From the NCBI GenBank assembly GCA_020536535.1, contig JAHLWZ010000216.1, positions 1 to 55,449 of the forward strand: a DNA stretch of 55,449 nt, written 5' to 3'. A model generated the notes under the pieces. The model was not told the origin of the DNA. It made no database searches and saw nothing but the letters and a program-made list of their open reading frames with translations. Shown piece after piece: positions 1 through 10,887 of the stretch (its first letter is position 1; each line of letters starts with the position of its first letter). The position numbers were made by a program, and so were the translations under genes. The stretch is from Pelomyxa schiedti. Lineage: Eukaryota; Protista; Evosea.

Positions 1-2865
1 TGGCTCCCACACGTCGCCCCCGTCACCACCCCAGAAGCAAAGTACATCCACAGCAGCAGCAGCCGCCGCCTCCTCCTCTGCGCCCAGCAAGACCGCTAAT
101 AATGCCAATGCCAATGCCAACGCCAACGCCAACACCAACACCACCACGGCACCGCCCAGCAACAGCACCAGCAGCTCGGCGCTCGCAACTCCACCCACGG
201 CGCCGCCGTCAGCAGCAGCCAAGGGCGCCGACACCAAATCCTCTACAGCTACAGCTACAACTACACCCAATACCACTCCCAGCACCACCACGGCAACTAC
301 CGCCGAGGCCGCTTCCGCATCCGCATCAGCATCAGCATCCACATCGGCTACCACGGGCACGGGCACGGGCACGGAGCAGCAGGGGGCCGCGGAGAGAGGG
401 CGGGGCACGTCGCCCAACAGGTCGCGGTCGCCGTCGCCGCCAGAGAGGGCCGCGATGGGGGCCAGGCGCGCCTTGGGAGGCGCCATGGCAAGTCGATGCC
501 CTCCGCGGCTGCTTTGCGCAAGAGAGCGTCACAATTGCATCGGCGTCGCCTGTCACGACACCAGCTTCGTATTACTACTATTTCCTTACTTTGTTCTATT
601 GCTTTGTAATAACGGTTTTACAGAGCGTTGGCGGCCGAGTTGGACTATTCTAAGGCAATCCCACGGTCGTCTGGTGAGGATAGACCTGTTCCAGTGTGTG
701 ACATGTTTTCTCTTCTGCCATTGACCTTCATCCGGAATGTGTTTAGAGTGTTCCTTTACCTGAAACCAGAGAATTGAATAGTGACATGTTGTTCTCAGAC
801 ACTGATGGAAAACCCAATTTACACTTTCTACGCACCCACTTATCGAAGCAAGGTACTTTTGGAACATATGAATAGCGCTTTCCTAATTCACCTCTCTTTC
901 CCCAATTTGCCAGGTAAACTAGCAATCCCAGCAGCAATAGAATTACTTCAAACTGCGACACAAATCTTCAAGCAGGAGCCCAACCTCCTCGAGCTTACAG
1001 CACCTATTACAAGTATGTTTGTATTTCTGTGAGGTGAGACTGATAAATAATTGGCTACCAGTAATTGGTGATACTCACGGGCAATTTTATGACGTTTTGC
1101 AATACGAGAGAGAGTTGAAAATGGGGGCAACAACAAAAGTATTATGGTTGGGGGATTATGTCGATCGAGGTCACTAAATAACCCTTCTTTTTAACTTGTT
1201 GACTTTTCCAATAGGTGACTTTTCATCAGAAATCATCTTCCTGCTTGTTTCTCTCAAAATTCGTCACCCTAACTCTTTTTGGATGCTGAGAGGAAACCAC
1301 GAGTCTGAAATGATGACCTCAATGATGTCATTTGCGCTTGAATGTTAGCCAACCGTTATCTTTCTTTTCTTTTACATATTCTCCAGGTGATAGAAAATAT
1401 GAAAGTGCATCCCTTTACATGCAGTTTTTGGAACTGTTCAATTCCTTGCCACTTGCAGCAGTTGTAACGGGATGCTCCCAGGGAACGTTCTTTGCGGTTG
1501 GATCAAGGAATTTTCTTCCTTTTACATTCTTATTACTTGCAGGTGCATGGTGGCATAAGTCCGCAGTTACAATTGGTTCAATAAAAAAACACTTTTTTCC
1601 CTGTTTAACCTTCTCAAGGTCTCTGAAATAAATGCCATTGATCGCTTTAGAGAACCACCTCACGAAGGCTTAATGTGGTACGTTTTCCTGTTCTCTCTTT
1701 CCCCGTCTCATAACCTCGTAGTGATCTTTTATGGTCAGATCCGGCTCCTGACCCAACAACTAAAGGATCGCCAATGGAACTGGCTGTAAACTCACCAAAA
1801 CCTTACTTTTCCGCTGATAGATATTTAGAGGTTCATGCGCTTGGAATATGCATTCAATAGTGAGAGAGAGACCTCCCATGTTTATGGGCCCTTAGCTGTG
1901 CAAAAGTTCTTGGCCAGAAATGGTTTTGTGTCTATAATAAGAGCCCACCAAGTTGTAGAACAAGGCTACCAGGTAAACTCCATTCATACCTACTAGCTAT
2001 TTGGTGACAAAGTAAAAGGAACACAAACTGTTTATGGGAAAAACCGTTCCTGCTGTCATTACAATTTTTTCTTGTCCAAATTACTGCAATATGTATCGCA
2101 ACTTGGTGTGTGATTTATATTCCACTTACAGCTCAAATCTGAAACTCGATAAGGGGGCAGTGCTTCAAATAAATCTGGATGGGTTGAAATATCGGCAGTT
2201 TGACACGGCGCCACACCCGTACTGTCTTCCAGAGTTCATGGATGGCGCTTCATTTGCTATTCCATTCCTCATGGAAGGATGTGTGTACAGTAAGATATGC
2301 CTTACACATTTAACCTCATACCAGTGGTTGACGTTCTTCTTAGTCTGGTTGTTTCTGTCAAGGTAAAGTGATCAAATATTCCTTCCGAACTCAACTGTGT
2401 ATCTAGCAAGAGCAACAAGACAAAACGGCCTCTGGAACCCCCGATGACCCAGAATCGACAATGCGGGAAGCTGTGCTCATCAACAAGATGCAAAAACTCC
2501 GAGAACAAATACAAAAGCGAGAAGCCAAAGCCAAGGCCCTTGACAGCGGTTCCAATCCCAATTCAACTCCTATATAAACGCGTTTACTTTACAATACCAT
2601 CCCCAAACAACTTACACCACCCAAAGTGAACTTCTCTGTCTTTGAGCGAGTGAGGCAGATGGATGCGGCCAATGAAAAACTACCCACCAAGTACCGCCAG
2701 AGAAGAAAGCTGTTCAGAAGCACTTCTCTACATGCCGATGGTTTACTTCATGATATCAATGATGCTAATAACGGTAGCAATAACAATTCCCCAAGCAGTA
2801 CCAGTACCAGTACCACTACTACCACAACCACAGCACCTGGGTCCCCAGATTCATCCTCGTCCTGA
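1..2865 (+). CDS. Calcineurin A (PP2B)-like Ser/Thr phosphatase catalytic subunit, multi-exon, 5' end lies upstream of the window
   Basis: Spliced exons give IGDTHGQFYD, WLGDYVDRG, LRGNHE, VHGGISP, DLLWSDP, IRAHQ, IFSCPNY and the calcineurin-type PHPYCLPEFMD. An intron at 2549-2626 joins ALDS to VNFSVFERVRQMDAANEKLP, which resembles the calcineurin autoinhibitory segment. Stop at 2863-2865. The N-terminus is a long low-complexity Ala/Thr/Asn/Ser tract that is open from base 2. Confidence 0.88.
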
Positions 2866-3877
2866 AAAACCCAACACACCCTCAAATATAGCAAGCCAAT
2901 TCCCTAGTTCAGTTCACAGCTAACACCTTCACTCAAACACTTGTGAACACTACCCTCTCCCTAGTGTGACCAGCAAAAACAAAAAGTGCACACAAACAAG
3001 TAAAGTTGTTGTGTTTTGCAAATCAGATTCTTTCGATTACCCTCGAGGTCAAGAACACTTTGAACGAAGCGTACCAGAGCAGAGGAAGGCGAAAAAAAAT
3101 CATTGTTCCCTGTTCCCGGGGAGTACCCTTCTGTTCTGGAACCCCAAGTGCCCTCAGACAGAGCATTCGGTTCAAGAGGAGGAAATGCCACATAATTCTC
3201 TAGAGTCGCGATCGCGTTTGTAAGCAATCAGCATACCGCCTGTCTTTGAAAGACAGTGGGACACACATGGTGATTCGTATATCTCACATTTCCGTTGATG
3301 TTTCTCTCGGTGAACCACAGAAAACAGTGAAGATCTGACCTGATAAATACCCTCAATTCAGGCGTGGTGTGATTCTGGAGCAGCAACCACACTCAGCCTG
3401 GCTGTTCTCTCCTCAGATTGATACACTTTCTCACGTGTGCATATGATAAAGGAACGAGCACCACTCTTACTCGTCAGAAGCAACACTATTGTTGAATGTC
3501 GAACACAATGCAACTTGTCGAGCTATTTTGAGTCAACGGCACCCGAACACAGGAACGCTGGTTTGTTCATTCTTGTGGTCACATAGCCGTAAGCATCACA
3601 AGTTTTGACTGAGTCAGCAGACGAGAAAAGAGGCCTCACACCAGGCACCTCCAACTCGTCGCCACCAATATCAACGTCCCCATTGGTGTGTTGGATCCTT
3701 CCATCACTTGTTTATTTTGACATCAAACCTGAGAACTTCCAAACAAACACTGGGGCCCCACGTTGTGACAGTGAACAACCCCAAAAAGATAGGCTTCGTT
3801 CAACTGTACCGTTGATTGTTTTCGGTTGTTCAGAAGGTTTGATTAATTTCGTTTTTTTTCCCGAACGGCGGGTGTCA

Positions 3878-5639
3878 ATGGACGAGGTATTACCGCTTTT
3901 TTGTTTATGTTTTTGCTTATGGGTTCCTCTTGGTAGCTGTAGTTTTTGCTTGGTTTTTTTTTTTTTGCTCATTTTTTTTGTAGAGCACCTCGGTGAAAAT
4001 CACCAACCTAAATGGAGCAGTAACGTCACAAGAAGTTGTGGACTTTGTATCATATTGTGGGGAAATCAAGTCTGTTTCAATTGGAAGGTGAAGAAGTGCC
4101 CGTAGTGTCATCCCGGAATTGTTTGGTGTTGAGATACAACAAAAATCGTTGCATTCTTCGTTGAGGCTCTTGCTGATCATTTCTACTTGCAGCAACCTGG
4201 AAGCTGCTGATGGAACACAGGAGGCAATCGTCACCTTTGCTCGTCCTGAATCTTGTAAAACTGCACTTATATTGACAAACACATATATACACGATCGGCC
4301 AATTGTTGTCAGTCTATGCAGTACCCCCAATTCAACAGTTCCCTCTCATCATGAGGCAGTGAGCCCTTCCCAGGTTTTTCACGTTTTTTTTTTTTTTTTT
4401 TCAATTGCAGTTTAGATTTCACAGAAGACCGCTTGTGCTCCTGAAAAATCCAGGGTGAGGTTCCTTTATTTTTATAAAACCCATTTATATTGAGTGACCA
4501 AAGTCATCCACTTCTGTTGTGGCATCTGTGATTGTCGGAGGATATTCAATAGGTACCGAACTACTGCAATCTGCTAAAGATTATGATGGTATACCTGCAC
4601 TTGGATTTTTTCCCAGCTGTTATCTTAGTTTTACAGATCGCCATCAAGTAATTGCTCAATTGGATGCTGCAAAGAACGTAGTTCTGACTAAGGCAACCAA
4701 ACTTGACACCCAGTATCTCAATCTTGGGTATCTTACGGTTTTCGTAATTAAAGTCTAAACTGCGCAGTGACAAAATGAAACAACTTGGACAAACGGTTGG
4801 CACTTATGATGCACAATACGGAATCACCCAAACAGCGGCAACCACTTTCAATTCAGCAAAGAAGACATTCTGGGATACCGCCGCTTATGCCAAAGAGCAG
4901 GCCGTTTCATGGCTACAGCAGGTACCCACAAAGAAAAACTGTAACTTTTTTCACAACCACATTCAAGGCGTACGAACCCGTCACACAAACTCGTGTTGTG
5001 GGACCTGGAGTTGCTGCTGTTGTTCAAGCAGGCCATTCCCTGACCAAAGCCGTTGGAGAAGTACAGAAAGAAGCCTTTTCTGGCATAGCCGAGGTCTCCA
5101 AGAGACGCAATGCACCCTCAGTTGAAGACCTCGTCGGGCCCCAATCAAGCCAACCAGGTTCTTCTTCATCATCCTCACCAACAACAACAGCAACAACATC
5201 CGGAACTACCGCTGCCTCCAAGCACAACCATCCACATCAAGAGGCAGTACTGCCGGTTGTGCTCCCAGAACTTCCCGATAATATTCTAGTAGTAGCTCCC
5301 GCAACGCTCACTACCCCCGGAATTGACATGCAGCCAATTCTCATTGTACAGCCACCCCAAATGTCACTGCCTCACCCACCGCCTCCACCACCACCCCCGC
5401 CACCAGAATCAACACCAATCTCCTCAACAGCAACAACACTAATGACTTCACCTACCACCCCCACTCAACTACCATTCACTTCCGATAGTACCCATGCAAA
5501 TGCACCTGCAAGTTCCACATTCGCACCAGTCGACAGTCTGTCACTACTTCCTGGTGTTCCAGATTTCCCCCCACCTCCATATCTAGCACCTCCTCCTTAT
5601 GAGGCTGTTGTTGGATCTCTGTCTTCTTCACACTTGTAG
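3878..5639 (+). CDS. RRM-domain protein of the Vip1/BPA1 (binding partner of ACD11)-like type with a Pro-rich C-terminus
   Basis: ATG GAC GAG, intron 3887-3983, then STSVKITNLNGAVTSQEVVDFVSYCGEIKSV...AIVTFARPESCKTALILTNTYIHDRPIVVSL (RRM). Followed by VVASVIVGGYSIGTELLQSAKDYD..HQV, which matches the Vip1/BPA1 post-RRM helix. The last exon ends with poly-Pro and PPPPY/PPPY. Confidence 0.75.
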
Positions 5640-5824
5640 CCTCCTTAAAAAAAACCATCAAGGGTTCTTTTTCTGTGGTAAAAAAAAAGAACTGGGCAGA
5701 GGAAGGGGGTGTTGGCCGCATAAAAGTCGCAGGCAACTGGATGCGTGGGAGTAGGAACCAGGAACCCCAAAAAAAAAATTAGTCCGTGCTCGATACCCCA
5801 TTTAGTCAGTCAGACATTTTTTTT

Positions 5825-8813
5825 TTATCTGATGGAATTAATAGAGCAGAAGACGGACCCTAACAGTCCTGCGCAGCTCCGATTGTGTTGTGATCTGGTA
5901 TTCTGGACGAAACTGAATTGTGGGTTGGACGGCAAGTTCAGGGAACAAAAATCCTTGTGGGTAGCCGCAGTGAGTAGAAATAATGAAGGCACATACCATT
6001 CTTTCCCTGTGACGTAATCGCAGAATACCGATTTGAGTGAGGCACCTTTGTTTGACGAGGATTCGACTGTGCTCGTGGGGAGGAACCTCAGCCACAGCTC
6101 GTCGTAGGATGCCAATCCCCGGAAGTCACGGCAAACCTATGTATGTGTGAGGTGTTGGTGTGTCTAATTGTGGGCGAGAGGTGTTGATTTGTTCCACGTT
6201 GACAAGGAGCGTCCACGCTATTAGGCGTATTGGTAAATACTCACTGCAGAAAGCCGGAAAAGGGATTTTGGATCACAGTAGGAGAATATGTTGATCCATA
6301 ATTCATGAGGAAGCAACCAGACAACGCGGCTGAAGAGCTGCACGGTCCAGGCGTCTCCTTGAAAGTTTCCTTTTTGTGATAGTGGGTTTAGTTGCCCCAT
6401 TTTAATGAACCTGAAGGTCTACCTGATGGGGTCAATGGACGACCACCAGACAGAATGAGGCCTGCCTCATAGGAAACAAGAGTGTGAAATTCGCGTACCG
6501 GGGGTGTGTTTCCAATGTCAACGAGAGACCATTTTAATATTGATCCCAACCTCAGTCTAAGGATCAAACTTATTATTACAACCGAAAAGGAGAGAAGATT
6601 ACCTGAACAAAACCATGCTAGACGAGGAAGAATTACAAGTGCACACAAACATCTCGTCGCCAATCAAGGCTGCTGAATGACCTCGCATGGGAGGTGGGGT
6701 GGTCCCTTGTGTGGGTGGTTTTAGCCACACCCTCAATGACAAGTCTTTTTAGGTAAGGCGATTGATTTCGTTGATTGGCTGGCTACCGAAACTCCACAAA
6801 TCGTTGAGCTTCTGATTATCAGCTATTCCACCTGTGGATGACTTGGTCAGAAGGAAGAGTTCCGAATGTATTTCTACCAAAAAGGATCATCTTTCCATTA
6901 TGGCAAACGGCGGTGTGGTGGAATCTCCCTCTTGGAACTTGTCCAGGCTTAATTGACACCTGGGTAAGAGTATAGTGAATTTCACCTCACTTGGTTCTTC
7001 TTTTAATAGATGTATATCTGAACTGGTATCCAGCTTTGCGCAACCAAGTCATAACACTTCAGCTCCTCGGATGCCATCCCACTTGAGTCGTACCTTGCAT
7101 TTTCCCATCATGTCACAATAGAAATATTGGAGCTCACTTACCCTCCAAATATAAATAAGCACTTGGAAAATGCAACCATTGACGCCCCATATCGAGGAGA
7201 GGGAGATTCAGAAGAATTTCCTTCAGGGAGAAAGTACCACTCCCCATTTGTCACATTGAGACAACGCAGTGAATTGGTGTAACAATTACTCCTCCCTGTG
7301 GATCCAAACCACTAAGAAGATGATGAGAAGGAAGCAGAAGCCAAACCTCCAAAGAGGAACATCAAATTGTCAGTCATCCTTTTAAGATTGAGTAAAGGCA
7401 ATTGAAAAAATATGTTTATTGTTGTCATACACAGAAGCGGCAAATGTCATCCCTTTGTATGCAGTGGATGGATTGGACGTGTCGTTGCGAGCTGTGATTG
7501 GTGGCAACCAGCTGCCCCCTAAGAGTTCAAATCTCAAGACCTCAGGAGAAGATGGAGTTCCTTTGGCACATAAACCGCCTGCCGTGTATAGAATGGTCCC
7601 ATGAATAACTTGAGTGTGTCCGTACCTACGGGGACCAGATGTCAAAAATAACAAAAAAAAAAGTAGAAGGACAATAAACCGGGCAGTTGTATGCACATTG
7701 GAGTATAGTGGTACCCAAACAGGGTGCTGTGATGAAGGTATTGACCCAATAAGAGGAGCCACTGCATTCCACAGAGTGCTCTAGATAGGTTGCAAGTTAG
7801 TTTCGCTGAGAGTTATTCATACCCAAGAAAAAGGGGACGAGCTTCGGGGTATTTCTGTTTTTCCAGTTGCGGCGATTCTAACTGCGTGTGAAAAGAGATC
7901 TCGAACGTGTTCTCCCTTCAAGGAACTTGTTTCAATGTATGCTGAGGCGTGAATCTCTCGTGCTACCTGACGCCAAGAGAAGTGTTGGTAAATGAAGATG
8001 ATTTAATAAAAAGAAAACTACCCCAGATGCCATTTCAAATGAAACAGGTACCCGATCCTGCTTACGACGAAGAACATCAGTATTTGATCTCAAATCACGT
8101 TTCGTTCCCACAATGATGAATGGGGTACCCGGACAGTGATGTCTTATCTAGCAAATATTTTGGTATAGCAAAGAAGCTCTGGTATGGCTCACCTCAGGGT
8201 ACCACTGTTTGGGTGGAAAACAGGTGAATTAAGAAGTGTGAAGAGGACATGGTTGCAACCTTTGTCCGGACATTCTCCAAAGAGGTACGGGATGTGACCG
8301 AAAAGCATATCTTTTTCAAAGTTAGTCTAACTGAGGAGGAAAAAAGTTCACTATTACCAGGAAAATCGAAGTCCCAGGATAACTATATGGCCTCATTATC
8401 TCATGATCTCCCCCACCTTTAGTTGTAGCAGTTTGTCATTAGATGCAAGAATACGAAGGAGAGTCGAACGTGCCTCCTTGGTCCCACAATGTAAATGTGT
8501 AGGTTTTATCCTCAAGCTGGATGAAAGAACTTCAAATTGATTTAGTTATCAGCCATTTGTTTCTTGCCCTACCTATGATTTGAAACCTCCTTAGCCTGCC
8601 ATTAGTCCAAGCAAACAAACAAACAAACAAAAAAAAAAAAAACGGTACGCTTGGAACGTGTTCACCCTCGGGCCAGCATCCAGACGAGTAAGTAACTAAC
8701 AAACAGGTCTACTCCAAAAAAAAAAAAAATGAACTTGTGGGATGGCAAGGATTTAGCACACTGACCTTGCCCACGTTATAATCCCCGACCACGACCACCT
8801 TTAGGTCGCCCAT
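5825..8813 (-). CDS. Atypical Rho-family GTPase fused to six Kelch repeats and a C-terminal F-box (multi-exon; exact last exon uncertain)
   Basis: Reverse-strand exons give MGDLKVVVVGDYNVGK/TCLLVTY, TLWDQGGGGDHEIMRPYSYPGTSIFL/ICFSVTSRTSLENVRTK/WYPE/IRHHCPGTPFIIVGTKRDLR and YIETSS. There is no CAAX and no stop after the GTPase domain. Kelch blades follow (RRYGHTQVIHGTILYTAGG; LMFLFGG; PRYGASMVAFSKCLFIFGG; RGRFHHTAVCHNGKMILFG; PPMRGHSAALIGDEMFV; PVREFHTLVSYEAGLILSGG), then LLPHELWINIFSYCDPKSLFRLSA/VCRDFRGLASYDELW (F-box). Confidence 0.82.
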
Positions 8814-9081
8814 CAGAAATTAACGGACGGACGGGAAAAGCTCCATTCACTGAATGATCAGACCCCGATTTAGGTACTACACCGCAGCAACGAGCACTGA
8901 GCCCCACTTGGAGTGTTGTTTAGCCTGGGGTTGGGATAGCAGGTTGGCTCTGAGCTGGGTCTAAACCCCAGTTAACAATAGCAAGTGATTAATAAGTTCC
9001 CTGCATGGTGTCACAGCTTTTTTGTTTTTTTCCCAAAATAAAACAAGGCAATACAGAGTACACAAGAAAGATCTGAGTGAG

Positions 9082-10758
9082 ATGCTTGCCGCCACAGCAG
9101 AAGATGATAAGTACGAGATCCACAGATCTTCAACCCCCCCAACGTTGCTGCTTGGTGTCCAAAATGATAGCGGGAGGGGTGCGGTTCTTGGCAATGGTGT
9201 TGTGGAATACAGTGGCGTGAGCAATGCTGCTGGCTGCCCTGACCAAAATTGCGTGCGGCGAAATGCGGAGTGGGTGATGAAGGAAGCGCGATATGTAATT
9301 GAGACATTTGGTGCAAGGGGTCCTGGAAGTGATGGGGAGAAAAGCGCCCAGATGTACTTTGCTTCATTGATGAACGACTTGGTGAGCACTTCTTCCAATC
9401 CCGCTTGTGGTGGAGACGGGGGTGCTCTATCAAAGAGTGGAGCCTTTGTTGAGCCGTTTGCAGTACATCCACATGCTTTCATGGGGTTTATTCCTGTATG
9501 CATGGTATTGTCTTGGCTGGCCATGGCAGCTCATTGGTACAGCGGGTGCATTGTTCTGGAGTGGGTGTGCGCGCACTTGCCATTGTTGATTGTGGTTATG
9601 GAACTCGTGCTGTACACAAGGTTTCTGGACCAATTGTTCCCTATGAGAGTATCCCACAATGTGGCTGCTTGTCTTCCAGAGCCTCGCCCTAATGCCAAGA
9701 AGCGTATCATAATAGATAAGTGGTGAATATTCAATTAGAGTGCCTAATCTCTGATTAGGTGGTCATGCTGATGCTGCTTATGAATGGCGGTGGAACGCTC
9801 TCCATAGAATATTTATGTGGATAATAGCACTCTTAGGTACTGTCTTCCTGTAAGTTGCAATTAATAACAAATCCCAACTAGGTGGATTAAATGTGGTGTT
9901 CGCGGCGATATGTGCAGACTTCCAGATCAGAACTATATGGCTTCTTCCCGTCCAAGGATTTCTTGCGTGCTTTGGCTTTCTGTTGTGCTTTTTCACAAAT
10001 TTTCGACGAGTTGTTCCCGGCGCAAATGATAACTTAACAGGTAGTGAGAAGAGATTTTTTTTTTTTTTAGTAACACTTTACATAGGGGCACTTACGACGA
10101 TAGCTGTGGCAAAATACTTTCAAGAAGTTGGTTTTGGTGGTATGGAGGATGTAGAACTCGTATACTTGGTTACTGGGTCTGAGGAAGCCGGCCTTCGAGG
10201 GGCAAAAGCGTGAGTTTTTGGTTGAGAGTGCCACTCATTTCTTACCAACCTTGAAGATTTCTGGAAATGCATCACGCTGCTCTTGCAGCAAAAGACACTA
10301 TTTTCATCGCCCTGGAAACACTGAGAGAAATAAACGAGATGAAAATAGTTAATAGAGACATGAATGGGATAGTATCACATGATCCAGCTCTTTGCAAGTA
10401 AATGGCACTCCACCAAGGCAAACTTAACGTAATTATGCAGCTTGATGAAGCGTGCAGGGCAGTCACTTGGAACGGAGCTGGGGTTTACAAGTATCTACAT
10501 AGGCGCCAGCGATGCAGCGGCCTTCACACAAAAAGGGATTTCCTCGTGTTGTTTGGCAGCCATGAATCCGGGACCTCCAAGATATTACCATACGAGGTTC
10601 GTATTGACGACTTCACGTTTCTCCGTACTCACGTACTGTGTAGGTACGACAACTGGGATAATATGGACGTGGAGTGCATACATATGGCCTTATCGATCGT
10701 TATTCAAGCAGCACACATATTCGCTAGCGAAGGCTTAGGCGCTTCCCCTTCGCCTTAG
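9082..10758 (+). CDS. M28-family metallopeptidase with membrane-spanning insert
   Basis: Motifs GARGPGSDGE, GGHADAAYE, PGANDNLTG, VTGSEEAGLRGA, GASDAAAF and YYHTRYDNWDNM across six GT-AG introns. Hydrophobic helices flank the His-x-Asp motif. The start codon is uncertain. Confidence 0.85.
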
Positions 10759-10887
10759 ACGTGTCACCTTCACTGAAAACGCAGAAAATCCGCCTTGATG
10801 TAAAATCCTCGTAATGCATAAATAGAATAGCACAAAATTCTCCGATTCTACGTCCGGCACTATAATACACCAACCACGTGTACCACG

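Noticed and set aside
102-724. ORF-track proteins 102..653, 332..556 and similar Pro/Arg-rich ORFs (37739-38219, 41754-42694, 50801-51874, 50850-51788, 32889-33340)
   Set aside because: These are alternative-frame or antisense shadows of GC-rich, low-complexity first exons of genes identified in another frame.
2870-3870. ORFs in the calcineurin-RRM intergenic kilobase (e.g. 3605..4105, 54412..54720)
   Set aside because: The two copies differ by multiple frameshifting indels here, so the frames are not conserved and the region is probably non-coding.
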